A stretch of DNA of 64,000 bases from Dehalococcoidia bacterium (GCA_965116225.1 OZ220495.1:2261405-2325404), one strand, 5' to 3'. Counted from the first letter of the stretch, positions 45,864 to 56,532 are shown. The notes: a model not told the origin generated them from the sequence alone. Translations and numbers: made by a program.

Positions 45864-46949
45864 CTAGAAGCTCGTCAAGACGGTGCGGGCGACCTCGCCG
45901 GCTTTCATCGCGCGGAAGGCCTCGTTGATGTCCTCGATCGGGGCCGTGATCGAAACCATTTCGTCGAGCATCAGGCGACCCTGACGGTAGTACTCGACCA
46001 GGTTGGGCATATCAGTCCGGAAGCGGTTGCTGCCCATGCTCGAGCCTTGCAACACCTTCTCGGAAAGCAGCTCGTGCGCCGGAATCTCCAGCTTTTGCCC
46101 CAGCGGGACCATACCGATGATCGTGGCGACGCCGCCGCGTTTGATCGAGGCGAAACACTGTTCGGCGACAGACTTGAGGCCGATCGCCTCGAACGAGAAG
46201 TCGACTCCCTCGCCGTCGGTCATGTCTCGGATTTGCGCGACCGGGTCGCCGCTGGATGCGTCGACTGAATGGGTCGCGCCAAGGTCGCGGGCCAGCGCTA
46301 GCTTGTGCTCGTGCAGGTCGACGGCGATGATCTGCTTCGCGCCGGCGATTCTTGCACCCTGGATCGCGGAGAGTCCGACCCCGCCAGCCCCAAAGATGGC
46401 GACCGTGCTGCCGTGGTGTACCTTGGCTGTGTTGAGCGCCGCGCCAGCGCCGGTCATGACGCCGCAACCGATTAGAGCCGCCTTGTCCAGCGGCATCTTG
46501 TCGTCCACGTAGACTAGTGCATTCTCGTGCACCAGAGTGTACTCGGCGTAGGTCGAGAGGTTGGCGAACTGGGCGACCGGGCTACCGTTCCAGGATAGTC
46601 TCGGATCCTCATCCGGTCGGCGCTGGGTTTCCGGGCTGCGGCAGAGGTTGGGGCGACCACTGAGGCAGTACGAGCAGTTGCCGCAGAAGACGGAGAGGCA
46701 CATGATCACATGGTCGCCGGCCTTGAACTGCTGCACCAGTTCGCCGACTTCCTCAACGACGCCGGCCGCCTCGTGTCCGAGGATGCCGGGTGCCTGGAAA
46801 GGGTAGAGACCTTCGACGAAGTGCAGGTCGGAGTGGCAGACGCCCGAAGCGGCCGTCTTGACCAGCACTTCTCGCGGATCGGGCTTGGCAACGTCGACAT
46901 CTTCGATCGTCAGGTCCTGGTTGGGGCCGTGGAAGACGGCTGCTTTCAT
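45864..46949 (-). CDS. Zinc-dependent alcohol dehydrogenase (MDR family)
   Basis: MKAAVFHGPNQDLTIEDV...SGVCHSDLHFVEG...GHEAAGVV is a classic Zn-ADH signature, with a GxGxxG NAD site. Confidence 0.85.
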   Translation of the reverse strand: MKAAVFHGPNQDLTIEDVDVAKPDPREVLVKTAASGVCHSDLHFVEGLYPFQAPGILGHEAAGVVEEVGELVQQFKAGDHVIMCLSVFCGNCSYCLSGRPNLCRSPETQRRPDEDPRLSWNGSPVAQFANLSTYAEYTLVHENALVYVDDKMPLDKAALIGCGVMTGAGAALNTAKVHHGSTVAIFGAGGVGLSAIQGARIAGAKQIIAVDLHEHKLALARDLGATHSVDASSGDPVAQIRDMTDGEGVDFSFEAIGLKSVAEQCFASIKRGGVATIIGMVPLGQKLEIPAHELLSEKVLQGSSMGSNRFRTDMPNLVEYYRQGRLMLDEMVSITAPIEDINEAFRAMKAGEVARTVLTSF

Positions 46950-47079
46950 CGGGGCATCCTTTCTGGGCGCCGCGCTCCTGTGCGTGGTTCAATGCAATTC
47001 ATCCGTCGGCGCGTAGCGCAGTCTAGAGCGTTGTCATCGACGTTGGGGGGCGATGTAGTTTGGACGATGTTGAGGTGTG

Positions 47080-47166
47080 TGGTACCGGGAGAGGGGCTCG
47101 AACCCACACGGCCGTGAGGCCAGCGGATTTTAAGTCCGCCGCGTCTGCCAATTTCGCCATCCCGGC
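47080..47166 (-). tRNA. tRNA-Leu (anticodon UAA), with encoded CCA
   Basis: Reverse complement GCCGGGATGGCGAAATTGGCAGACGCGGCGGACT-TAA-AATCCGC... long variable arm ...GGTTCGAGCCC...TCCCGGT-A-CCA. Confidence 0.85.
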
Positions 47167-47231
47167 CCGAGCGGGGCTTGTCGCGATCGACCCGTATTGA
47201 CGATACCTCACAGGTGGAAGCGCGTGGCGCG

Positions 47232-49760
47232 TCAGCGCTCGGTTGCGACGCTGATCGATCTGCCATCGCTGGCGACGCTGATGTCCCCGCGATCGGCGGT
47301 CAGCAGTGAGTTCGCGCCAATCCGTCGCAGCGAGGCGACGACCGACTCGTGTGGATGTCCATGCGGATTATCGGCGCTGGCGCTCAGTACGGCGATCGTC
47401 GGTCGCACCATCTCCAGAAAGAGCGACGTGGAGGAGAAGCGGCTGCCCTGATGCGCGACTTTGAGGACATCGGCGCGGATCTCGCAGGCGTGTGCGGAGC
47501 CTGGACAGGGAAACCGAACCAGGTCCAGCTCTTGTGCGGCGTTGATGTCGCCGCTGAATAGAAACGCCGTTTCGCCATAGCGCGCCCGTAGCACGAGCGA
47601 GGTCGCGTTCGGGTCCGACAAGTACGCTTCTGGCAAACCACCGACCGGCGGCCAGAGCACATCGAGATACAGTGGCGTCGGTCCCGGTACGACGATCTGG
47701 TCGCCGGCGTGCACGATGGTGATCGGAACCGCTGTCCGCGTCAGCAGGTTAACCGCTCGGCGCCCAACTGACGTATCGCGAACACGTGCGCTCACGTAGA
47801 CCTGCTTGATGTCGTAGAAGTCGCGGATCGCCCAGAGCGCCTCCACGTGGTCCGACTGCGGATGCGAGATCACGAGCGCATCGATGGCGCTCGCGCTCTC
47901 AGGCAAGTGGGACCGAAGCGCGGAGAGGATGTCGTCGGGTCGCCCGCCCGTATCGATCAACACGGAACGTCGTTCCGGTGTGACGATCAGCGCCGCGTCG
48001 CCCTGCCCGACATCGATGAAGTGGACCTGCAATCGCTCGGGACCGGGCGACCAGGCGAAGAGCCAGATCGCTGCGGCGGCAGCGACGACGATGCCGGTCA
48101 GGCACGCCGCCGCCAGCTGCGACTGAGCGTGGGGACTGAGTCGGCCCATGACCGCGCGCAGAGAATAGAGACGTGAATCCGCGTGCCGCGACGGTGCCCG
48201 ATACCAGCGTCGGATGCGCTCGCGATGCGGCCGAACGGTCGCGATCAGGATTGCCGTGTAGATGATCAGCAGATGCACGTGCGTGAACCCGCGCACGATA
48301 TCGCCGGCACCGGGGAGCCTGACGGTCGTTTCGGCAACGATCACGAGCCAGCGCAGTGGTAACCAAGCGAGCGCCCAACTAATTGTCACGGCCGACGATT
48401 CGGAGACCAACCCGACTAGCGCGGTCGTCGCCGCCCCGATCAGCATCCAAGCGAACAGCGGGGCAGCGAGTAGATTCGCTGCGATGCCGATTAACGACGC
48501 GCGCTCGAAGTGAAGCGCGATCAATGGCATGGTGGCGAGACTCGCCACCATGGTGATCAACGCAACATCGCGGATGATTGATCCAACGCCTCCGCTTCCG
48601 CTGAGGAACTCGTGCGATAGCGACGGCATCAGGATGACGATCCCCAGGGTGCCGGCGATCGTGAGCTGAAACGACAGGTCGAGCAGTATCTGCGGCTTCA
48701 ATCCGATCATGAATCCTGCCGTCGCAATGGCCGCATCGAGCGCCGATGCGCCTCGTCCGATCAGGTGCGACCCAGCGAACACGATCGCCATCCACATCGC
48801 GCGTTGTACCGGTGGGTCGTCTCCAACCAGGGTGCCGTAGGCCAGCGCCGCGACGATCGCCAGCGCCGCCGCCGACCGGCGGCCAAGCAGCCAGGAACAG
48901 GCAGACATCACGATCGCTGTGAGCAGCGTGAGATTGCTACCAGAAATGACGACCAGATGCGAAAGCGACGTATCGTTCAGTGTCGTGCGCAGGTCTGAAT
49001 CGATCGCGTCGCGGCGTCCTGTCGTCATCCCTTGGGCGATGCCTGAGTATGGCGGCGGTAACGAGTTGCGGAGGCTGCGGTTGAGCGCCGACCGCGCGTC
49101 GGTCGCGGCTTGCCGCCGCCAGCTCAATTGACCCTGCTCGAGGACCGTGACGCTGCCGGGAAGCGCCCGACCAGTGGCGGCGACGCGTCGGCTGGCCAGC
49201 CACGCCAGGAAGTCGTCGTTCGCGTCCGCGGTTCCTTCGAGCGAGGCGCGTGCGGAGATACGATCGCCGGTGCGCACGGCCTCAGATTCGGAAACGCTGA
49301 GCCGTACTACGTCTCGCGTCTCGCGCCGCTCATCGCCGAGTCGTAGCCCGTTCACCAGGATCGTGAGGTTCATGCCTCTGGCGTCGAACTGCGGGTCTTC
49401 GATAATGACCCCCTCGATCCGAACCGTCTGTTCGCCCAGATCGGTCACGGCGAGGCTATCGAGCTCGAACTTGGTGGACTCGGCCCGCCAGAATCCGACG
49501 GCGAGCAGTGTGGGCGCGAGCAGTACCAGGATCATGTTGGCCGCGCGGTTGCGTGCGATGGCATGCGCGCCGGCCAGGGAAACGGCTGAGCACAGTGTCG
49601 CGGCCAGAACGGCGAGCAGGGTCAGCCACAGTGAAGCGCCGCCCAGCGACAGGGCGACACCGATCACGAAGCTGAACGCCCACAGCAACAGCGGCGGCAG
49701 ATAGATCGCGCGCCCGGCGGCGATGATGGCATTGGCGCTAGTCAGCGGAAACGTAGACAT
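47232..49760 (-). CDS. comEC: DNA internalization competence protein ComEC/Rec2 (with C-terminal metallo-beta-lactamase domain)
   Basis: 842 aa. N-terminal TM region, central competence domain, C-terminal HFIDVGQGDAALIV...ISHPQSDHV (MBL fold HxHxDH). Confidence 0.85.
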   Translation of the reverse strand: MSTFPLTSANAIIAAGRAIYLPPLLLWAFSFVIGVALSLGGASLWLTLLAVLAATLCSAVSLAGAHAIARNRAANMILVLLAPTLLAVGFWRAESTKFELDSLAVTDLGEQTVRIEGVIIEDPQFDARGMNLTILVNGLRLGDERRETRDVVRLSVSESEAVRTGDRISARASLEGTADANDDFLAWLASRRVAATGRALPGSVTVLEQGQLSWRRQAATDARSALNRSLRNSLPPPYSGIAQGMTTGRRDAIDSDLRTTLNDTSLSHLVVISGSNLTLLTAIVMSACSWLLGRRSAAALAIVAALAYGTLVGDDPPVQRAMWMAIVFAGSHLIGRGASALDAAIATAGFMIGLKPQILLDLSFQLTIAGTLGIVILMPSLSHEFLSGSGGVGSIIRDVALITMVASLATMPLIALHFERASLIGIAANLLAAPLFAWMLIGAATTALVGLVSESSAVTISWALAWLPLRWLVIVAETTVRLPGAGDIVRGFTHVHLLIIYTAILIATVRPHRERIRRWYRAPSRHADSRLYSLRAVMGRLSPHAQSQLAAACLTGIVVAAAAAIWLFAWSPGPERLQVHFIDVGQGDAALIVTPERRSVLIDTGGRPDDILSALRSHLPESASAIDALVISHPQSDHVEALWAIRDFYDIKQVYVSARVRDTSVGRRAVNLLTRTAVPITIVHAGDQIVVPGPTPLYLDVLWPPVGGLPEAYLSDPNATSLVLRARYGETAFLFSGDINAAQELDLVRFPCPGSAHACEIRADVLKVAHQGSRFSSTSLFLEMVRPTIAVLSASADNPHGHPHESVVASLRRIGANSLLTADRGDISVASDGRSISVATER

Positions 49761-50121
49761 GAGCGAGTTCGGCGATCGGTGCGAGATCCGTCGGGCGTAG
49801 CAACCCTCGTTGCACGAGGTCCATCAGGGAGCGAAACGGTTGCTGCGCCCGCTGTTCCACGATCCGCCGGGCGCGGTTGTCGCTGATACGCGGCAATGTG
49901 GCGAGCTCGGCGGTGGACGCGGTATTGACATCGATCAGCGGCGACGGGGAGCGCGTGGCGGGGAGCACTGTGTCGGTTTCGACCCGGATACCGGGGGCGG
50001 CCAGGTTGTGATCGGCTAACTCGGCCAACCTGGCGAGGCCGAGCAGGAGCGCGATGACGGCGACCAACAGCGGCAGCCAGCCGATGCGTGTTCGCGCCGC
50101 GCGCCGCAGGCGAACGCGCAT
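49738..50121 (-). CDS. comEA: Competence protein ComEA (helix-hairpin-helix DNA-binding)
   Basis: N-terminal TM (IGWLPLLVAVIALLLGLA). IDVNTASTAELATLPRISDNRARRIVEQR is the ComEA HhH signature. The ORF is open to 50190; the start at M24 (50121) is preferred. Confidence 0.7.
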   Translation of the reverse strand: MRVRLRRAARTRIGWLPLLVAVIALLLGLARLAELADHNLAAPGIRVETDTVLPATRSPSPLIDVNTASTAELATLPRISDNRARRIVEQRAQQPFRSLMDLVQRGLLRPTDLAPIAELAHVYVSAD

Positions 50122-50341
50122 CGGCTGCGGTTCGACGCCGGCGGGGCACGGTGGACGTAGTTCGGACCAGGATGGTATCCGAAAGCGCATACGGTCTCAT
50201 CCCGCGCGTCAACTGCGATGAACGCTTTGACACTAAATCAAGTGCGAGCAACGAGGTACGAACAACACGGCCGCCTCAGGCGGAACCGCACCGCGATACA
50301 GTTGGATTGCATGAAATTGCAGGGTGCGGAGAGGTGGGTTT

Positions 50342-51253
50342 ATGACTCGCTCGGTATTGACGGTTGGCGACCTGTCAAGGAAAGAGATTGAGCAGATACT
50401 GGACTTGTCCCTCGAGTCGAGGCGGCGCGGTCGTCCCCGAGGTTCCGAACTGGTTGGCAAGACGGCGTTGTTGATCTTCCAGAAACCGTCGCTCCGCACC
50501 CGCGTCTCGTTCGAGTTGGCGGTCGACAATCTCGGCGGCCGAGCCTTGTATCTCTCGCCGACCGAGGTCGGCTTGGGCGAACGTGAGTCGCCGGATGACG
50601 TCGGCGGCGTCGCCGGTCGGTACTGCGACCTAATCATCTGCCGAACCTTCGATCAGCATCTGCTCGAGCGCCTGACGACTTCCTCTGGCGTACCGGTGAT
50701 CAACGCCCTGAGCGACTGGGAGCACCCCTGTCAGGCGCTGGCCGATCTCCTGACGATTCGGGAGCACGGCGGCGCCAGCGGACGAATTCTGGCCTATATC
50801 GGGGACGGCAACAATGTGGCGCGTTCGCTGACGATCGCGGCGGCGGGCAGCGGGATGCATGTGCGCTTGGCATCGCCGGCTGGATACGAGCTCGATGCTG
50901 AGAGCGTGGATGCAGCCTCGTCGAGGGCGTCGGCGTCGGCCGGTTCCGTCACATTGACGAATGATCCTGCGGCAGCCGTGCTCGGCGCTCACGTGGTCTA
51001 CACCGACACTTGGACGTCGATGGGACAAGAACTTGAGGCGCAGCAGCGCCTGGAGGCGTTTGCGGGATATCAGGTTGATGCGAACCTCATCGGCGGCGCA
51101 GCGCCCGATGCCTGCATCATGCACTGTTTGCCGGCGCATCGGGGCGAAGAAATATCGGATGACGTGCTGGACGGCCCGCAGTCGATCGTGCTTGACCAGG
51201 CGGAAAATCGCCTGCACGCGCAGCAGGCATTGATCGCTTGGATGTTCGGCTAG
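50342..51253 (+). CDS. argF: Ornithine carbamoyltransferase
   Basis: SLRTRVSFE (STRTR-type carbamoyl-phosphate site), HPCQALAD, YTDTWTSMGQE and MHCLPAHRGEE (OTCase-specific HCLP). Confidence 0.8.
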   Translation: MTRSVLTVGDLSRKEIEQILDLSLESRRRGRPRGSELVGKTALLIFQKPSLRTRVSFELAVDNLGGRALYLSPTEVGLGERESPDDVGGVAGRYCDLIICRTFDQHLLERLTTSSGVPVINALSDWEHPCQALADLLTIREHGGASGRILAYIGDGNNVARSLTIAAAGSGMHVRLASPAGYELDAESVDAASSRASASAGSVTLTNDPAAAVLGAHVVYTDTWTSMGQELEAQQRLEAFAGYQVDANLIGGAAPDACIMHCLPAHRGEEISDDVLDGPQSIVLDQAENRLHAQQALIAWMFG

Positions 51254-51284
51254 CGGGCCTACCCACGCCATTCGCTTAGTATGA

Positions 51285-52241
51285 GTGCGGCGTGTCTGTT
51301 CGCGCGCGATCTGGAGAACTGAGGCGAATGTCGTGGATGATCTGATCGACGATATTCAGGTCGCATTCGGCGACTTCACTTGGACTAATGCGCTCGAAGT
51401 GACCGTGATCGCGGCGTTCTTTTATGCCGGGCTGCGGCTCTTGCGAGGTACCACGGCGATGTCGGTGATTCGCGGCATGGTCTTGGTCGTCCTGGGGATT
51501 CTGGTGATCGGGCGGTTGACGGACTCGATCGTGCTCGACTGGATCGTCGAGAACGCTCTGGCCGTACTCCTGATTGTGGTGCTGCTGGTCTTTCAGCCCG
51601 AGTTCCGACGCGCGTTCGAGCATGTCGGCCGCGCCGGTGGGCTGAAGCACTGGGGCAGTCGCCGACAACCGTATCGTTCCCTGATCCCGATCATGGCGGT
51701 GATCTCGCATCGGATGTCGCAGGATCGGGTTGGCGGGCTCTTCGTGTTCGAGCGCGACACCGGCCTGGAAGAACTCGCCGACTCCGGCGTTCGTCTGGGG
51801 GCGGAACCAACACCCGAGTTGTTGCAGAGCATCTTCTGGCCGGGCTCGCCTTTGCACGACGGCGCTGTGCTGCTGCGACCGTCCGAGGTGGTCGCGGCAG
51901 CGGTGATCATCCCCATGCCGCAGGGCGAGTACAGCGTGCGTGGACAGTCAACCGGGCGCGCCGGCGGGCATCTGGGAACCCGTCATCGCGCTGCGTTGAC
52001 GATCTCGGAGGAGACGGACGCGGTCACCGTGGTTGTTTCGGAAGAGACAGGCGCGATCTCGCTGGCAGTCGGCGGCGTCCTGACGACACCGCTGACCGTG
52101 ACGCAACTGGAGGTGGCATTGTCGAGGTATCTGCACTCGCGACGCTGGGGCGATCGGTTGGGCGCGCGAGTGTTCAACCGCATCTGGGGCCGCGATGGCG
52201 GCACGCCCTCGACTGCTCGCGGAGACGCAGCGAGGCCCTAG
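51285..52241 (+). CDS. cdaA: Diadenylate cyclase CdaA (c-di-AMP synthase)
   Basis: N-terminal TM helices. DAC domain DGAVLLRPSEVVAAAVIIP...GTRHRAALTISEETDAVTVVVSEETGAISLA. Start codon uncertain. Confidence 0.8.
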   Translation: MRRVCSRAIWRTEANVVDDLIDDIQVAFGDFTWTNALEVTVIAAFFYAGLRLLRGTTAMSVIRGMVLVVLGILVIGRLTDSIVLDWIVENALAVLLIVVLLVFQPEFRRAFEHVGRAGGLKHWGSRRQPYRSLIPIMAVISHRMSQDRVGGLFVFERDTGLEELADSGVRLGAEPTPELLQSIFWPGSPLHDGAVLLRPSEVVAAAVIIPMPQGEYSVRGQSTGRAGGHLGTRHRAALTISEETDAVTVVVSEETGAISLAVGGVLTTPLTVTQLEVALSRYLHSRRWGDRLGARVFNRIWGRDGGTPSTARGDAARP

Positions 52242-53522
52242 GTGCGACGCGCGGCGCAGGAAGCGACGCTGCTCGCCACGGTCGTCGTGCTGGCGTTGAT
52301 CGTGTGGTTCGTGATCGCAGATACCGAGAATCGAGAGGTGGAGTTCCGTCTCGGGTTCAGCCTCCAGGTTGACCTCCGCGACCTGGGTTCTGATCTGGTC
52401 GTGGCGAGTGAGCCGTTGCCGGTGACGGTGACGGTGGTGGGGCGGGAAGCGGACGTCGAACAGGCGCGACCCGAGCACTTTCTGGCGACGGTATCGATGC
52501 GCAATCGAACGGCTGGACAGCACAGCCTGCCGGTCCGCGTCCAGGCGTTGGAGGGCGATGTGCGCGTCCGCGCCGTGCAGCCTGAGACGGTGGTCGTCAC
52601 CCTACAGCAAAGCGTAGAGCGAGAGGTGCCCGTCCTCGTTGAGCCGTCGAATCTGCCGCCACTGGGCTTTCGCGTTGAGACTCCGCAAGTGATGCCGGAA
52701 ACGGCGATCGTCTCGGGTATCGCCGCCGAAGTCGAGGCGGTGTCGTCGGTGGTGGCGCGCCTCGATCTGGGCGGCGTGACCGCATCGCTGGAGCGCGACG
52801 TGACGCTTGAAGCGCGAACGGCGGCAGGCGGTTCGGTCACCCAGGTGTTGATCAATCCTGGATTCGCTCGGGTGCGCGTGCCGATCGAGCAAGAGGTGTT
52901 CCGCAAGACCGCCTCGATCCTGCCGGATATCGTCGGCACGCCGATGGGTGGGTATCGTGTGCGCACGGTGCGCGCCACCCCGTCGACGGTCGATGTGCTG
53001 GTCTCGGCTGACGTACTCGACGATGAGATCAAGATTCGCACGGCACCGATTGATATCGGCGGACGCTACGTCGACCTGATCACGGAAGCAGATCTCGTCT
53101 TCACCGACGGCGCCACGCCGGCCGGCGAGACCGACGCCACGGTGCGGGTGCTGGTCGCCATCGAGCCGATCTACACGACTGTCGAGTTGCCGATCGCGGT
53201 GCTGCCGGTTGGTATTCGCATCGAGCTTGAGTCCACGTTCATCAGCCACGCCACGGCTCGCGTCACCCTGCGAGGACCGGTATCACAGATATCGAAACTG
53301 GAAGGCCCGCTGGAACCGCTCGAAGTAGATATGGCACAGTATGCGATCGGAAGACACACAATCGATCTGGAGTGGTTTGCTCCGCGCGGGATCGAGCTGA
53401 TAGACATCGATCCGTCGCAGTTGATCATCACCCTGTCCCCGATCCCACCGCCCGACCCTGAACCTCCCAACGGTCAGATGTCCCAGCCGATCGAGTCGGC
53501 GCAGGAGGTGGAGGATGAGTGA
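52242..53522 (+). CDS. cdaR: CdaR/YbbR-like regulator of CdaA (YbbR domain repeats)
   Basis: Directly follows cdaA. N-terminal TM then repeated YbbR-like beta-rich modules (...VTVVGREADVEQ..., ...VVVTLQQSVERE...). Confidence 0.7.
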   Translation: MRRAAQEATLLATVVVLALIVWFVIADTENREVEFRLGFSLQVDLRDLGSDLVVASEPLPVTVTVVGREADVEQARPEHFLATVSMRNRTAGQHSLPVRVQALEGDVRVRAVQPETVVVTLQQSVEREVPVLVEPSNLPPLGFRVETPQVMPETAIVSGIAAEVEAVSSVVARLDLGGVTASLERDVTLEARTAAGGSVTQVLINPGFARVRVPIEQEVFRKTASILPDIVGTPMGGYRVRTVRATPSTVDVLVSADVLDDEIKIRTAPIDIGGRYVDLITEADLVFTDGATPAGETDATVRVLVAIEPIYTTVELPIAVLPVGIRIELESTFISHATARVTLRGPVSQISKLEGPLEPLEVDMAQYAIGRHTIDLEWFAPRGIELIDIDPSQLIITLSPIPPPDPEPPNGQMSQPIESAQEVEDE

Positions 53523-54924
53523 GTCAACACCGGTGTCAATACCACAGGTCGATGTGCGTGCGATTCCCGCCAACGCGTTGCCCAGCATCGCCATTGTGGG
53601 GCGTCCCAACGTCGGAAAGTCGACGTTGTTCAATCGACTGGCGCGACGTCGACAGGCGATTGTGCGGGGCGAGCCGGGCACGACCCGAGATCGCAACTAC
53701 GCGATGACCGAATGGCGCGGTCAGCCATTCGCCGTGATCGACACCGGTGGTCTGTTGGGCGAGCAGCTCAGCGGTCCATTCGCCGACTCGGTGGCTGAGC
53801 AGGTGCGGCAGGCGCTGGCCGAGGCGGACGCCATCGTCCTGGTCGTCGATGTACAGGCCGGACCGTTGCCGGCCGACGAGGATGTGGCGCGCTTGCTGCG
53901 CGAAGCGCGTCAGCCAGTCACGGTCTGCGCGAATAAGGCCGACAACGACGTCCTCGCCGCCCTATCCTCGCAGTTCTTCGCGTTGGGGCTAGGCGAACCA
54001 GTCGCAATCTCCGCTCACCATGGCCGCTGGATCGATGACCTGCTGGACCGCGTGACCTCTGTGCTCGCCGTCGCGGAGCCAATGGAATCGGATGACGTTG
54101 AGTGTCGGCTGGCGATCGTGGGACGACCGAACGTCGGCAAATCGTCCCTGGTCAACGCACTCTTGCGAGACCAACGCATGATCGTGTCCGACGTACCCGG
54201 CACGACTCGAGACGCGGTGGACACGATGCTCAGTTTCGGCGGCCGGCGCGTATCGTTGGTCGACACGGCGGGGATTCGTCGCCGCGGTCGAGTCGCACCT
54301 GGTATCGAACGCGCTTCGGTCCGTCGGGCTGGGGCCGCCGTGCGACGCGCAGACGTGTCAGCAGTAGTGATCGACGCCTCCGAGGGCGTGACTTCGCAGG
54401 ATCTGCACATAATTGGGTTGGCGATCGACCAAGGCTCGGGCATCGTGATTGTGATGAACAAGTCCGACATCGTCGACGCGGAAGACGGGCTGCGATCCAG
54501 CCGGGAGCGCCAGCTTGCAGGACGCGCGCGGTTCGTCAGTTGGGCGCCAATCGTCTGGGTCTCGGCACTGACCGGCGATGCTGTGGATAGCGTGGTCGCG
54601 GCCGCCTTGCACGTCGCCGAGGCTCGCCGCTTCCAGGTACCGACGCCGAAGTTGAACGCCATGCTGCGACAGGCGCAGATGGACCGCACGCCCTCCACCC
54701 ATCGCGGCCGGCGCATCCGCTTCTACTACGCCGTGCAAACCGATTCGGCACCGCCGACGTTCACATTCTTCGTCAACTACCCCGAGGGCGTCCACTTTTC
54801 CTATGAGCGCTATCTGTTGGGACGAATTCGCCGCACGTTCGGGTTTGAAGGTACGCCGCTACGCTGCGTGCTACGCGGCAGGAATTCGGAAGAGGCCGTC
54901 GACGGAGGTGGGATGCGTGCTTGA
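53515..54924 (+). CDS. der: Ribosome-associated GTPase Der (EngA), tandem GTPase domains
   Basis: Two G-domains (IAIVGRPNVGKSTLFNRL and LAIVGRPNVGKSSLVNAL) plus a C-terminal KH-like domain. Confidence 0.9.
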   Translation: MSESTPVSIPQVDVRAIPANALPSIAIVGRPNVGKSTLFNRLARRRQAIVRGEPGTTRDRNYAMTEWRGQPFAVIDTGGLLGEQLSGPFADSVAEQVRQALAEADAIVLVVDVQAGPLPADEDVARLLREARQPVTVCANKADNDVLAALSSQFFALGLGEPVAISAHHGRWIDDLLDRVTSVLAVAEPMESDDVECRLAIVGRPNVGKSSLVNALLRDQRMIVSDVPGTTRDAVDTMLSFGGRRVSLVDTAGIRRRGRVAPGIERASVRRAGAAVRRADVSAVVIDASEGVTSQDLHIIGLAIDQGSGIVIVMNKSDIVDAEDGLRSSRERQLAGRARFVSWAPIVWVSALTGDAVDSVVAAALHVAEARRFQVPTPKLNAMLRQAQMDRTPSTHRGRRIRFYYAVQTDSAPPTFTFFVNYPEGVHFSYERYLLGRIRRTFGFEGTPLRCVLRGRNSEEAVDGGGMRA

Positions 54925-55531
54925 GGCTTGGATCATTGGCGGCGTGGTCGGCTACCTGCTCGGGTCGATTCCCACCGGGCTGTGGATCGGTAGGTGGCGG
55001 GGCACGGTCGATATCCGCGCGTCGGGCAGTGGACGCACCGGCGCGACGAATACCTTCCGTGCGCTGGGATTGCGCTGGTCCGTCTTCGTGTTGGCGTTTG
55101 ATGCGGTCAAGGGCGCGCTGCCGATCCTGATCGTGATGGCCGTTTGGGATAGCCCAACAGCGGAAGTGGTTGCCGGGCTGGCGGCGATAATCGGCCATCA
55201 GGTTCCGCTGTATGCGGGATTCCGCGGCGGGCGTGGCGCGGCGACTGCTCTGGGCGGCGTGCTCGCGATGATGCCGATGGGGGCGTTATTCGCGCTCGCG
55301 GTTGCCGCGCCCCTCCTCTGGCGTATTCGGGTCATGTCGTTGGCGACGTTGATCGGCGCCGCGTCGGCTGCGGTCGCCATCTCGCTGTTGGTGGTATTCG
55401 GCGGCGCGCCTGACGCATACGCCGGTTTCGCGGCGGGCGCTTGGTTGCTCCTGGTCATCGGACATAAAGACAACATCAAGCGCTTGGCGACGGGAACCGA
55501 GCGCGTGCTATCCATGGGCGGCTCGAGCTGA
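54917..55531 (+). CDS. plsY: Glycerol-3-phosphate acyltransferase PlsY
   Basis: LEAWIIGGVVGYLLGSIPTGLWIGR...SGSGRTGATNTFRALG is the PlsY signature. GGAGGTGGG RBS before GTG 54917. Confidence 0.85.
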   Translation: MLEAWIIGGVVGYLLGSIPTGLWIGRWRGTVDIRASGSGRTGATNTFRALGLRWSVFVLAFDAVKGALPILIVMAVWDSPTAEVVAGLAAIIGHQVPLYAGFRGGRGAATALGGVLAMMPMGALFALAVAAPLLWRIRVMSLATLIGAASAAVAISLLVVFGGAPDAYAGFAAGAWLLLVIGHKDNIKRLATGTERVLSMGGSS

Positions 55532-56532
55532 TGAGGTTGATCGTTGTCGGCGCCACATCATGGGGCTGCACGTTGGCAATCTGCGCCGACCGAGCGGGAC
55601 ACGAGGTCGAAATCCTATGTCGCACCGACGCGGAGGCAGCCGACCTCTCGTCGGTGCGGGAGCATCGACGCCTGTTGCCCGGTATCGCCCTGCCCGATAG
55701 GCTCGCTTTCAAGTCCGATCCACAAGGACCGCCGCCCGATGTCGTGATCTGGGCGACGCCATCGCAGCGGCTCCGCGACAACCTGCGACAGGTGCTGCCG
55801 CGACTCACTCCCGGCGATACGGTGCATGCCTCTGCGGCCAAGGGGTTGGAGCGAGGGTCGCATCTGCGAATGACCGAGGTCCTGACGCAGGAGCTGAGCC
55901 TGGCCGAACGGAAGACTCGCATCGCAGCGATCTCGGGGCCCAACATCGCGCGCGAGGTGGCTCGCGGATTGCCCGCGACCACTGTCGCGGCATCGCAATC
56001 GGTAGTCGACCGTGAGCGACTGCAATGGTTGCTCAATTCGCCCTCCTTTCGCGTCTATGTGAATGACGACGTCGTCGGCGTCGAACTGGGCGGGGCGCTG
56101 AAGAACGTGATCGCGATTGCGGTCGGCACGGCGGTCGGACTGGATATCGGTGACAACGGTTGCGCGGCGCTGATGACTCGCGGCCTTGCGGAGATCGCCA
56201 GATTGGGCGCGGCGCTCGGCGCGCAGCCCGCCACGTTCACCGGCCTGGCCGGACTGGGCGATCTCCTGGCGACCGCCAATAGCCCTCGCTCGCGAAATCG
56301 AACCTTGGGTGAGAAGATCGGCAGCGGGATGACGGTGCCCGAGGTGATGGCGGGCAACCTGCACGTCGTCGAGGGGATTGAGACGACCCGCGTCGCGCTC
56401 GAACTCGCCGAGTCGCTCGATGTGCGGATGCCGATCACGGACGTGGTTGCGCGGGTACTGTTCGAGCGCCTGGATCCGCGCGAAGCGCTTCGCACTCTGA
56501 TGGAACGCGCGCCGACGGTAGAGGAATCATGA
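55531..56532 (+). CDS. gpsA: NAD(P)H-dependent glycerol-3-phosphate dehydrogenase
   Basis: MRLIVVGATSWGCTLA (Rossmann) ... NVIAIAVGTAVGLDIGDNGCAALMTRGLAEI is the GpsA pattern. Confidence 0.85.
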   Translation: MRLIVVGATSWGCTLAICADRAGHEVEILCRTDAEAADLSSVREHRRLLPGIALPDRLAFKSDPQGPPPDVVIWATPSQRLRDNLRQVLPRLTPGDTVHASAAKGLERGSHLRMTEVLTQELSLAERKTRIAAISGPNIAREVARGLPATTVAASQSVVDRERLQWLLNSPSFRVYVNDDVVGVELGGALKNVIAIAVGTAVGLDIGDNGCAALMTRGLAEIARLGAALGAQPATFTGLAGLGDLLATANSPRSRNRTLGEKIGSGMTVPEVMAGNLHVVEGIETTRVALELAESLDVRMPITDVVARVLFERLDPREALRTLMERAPTVEES

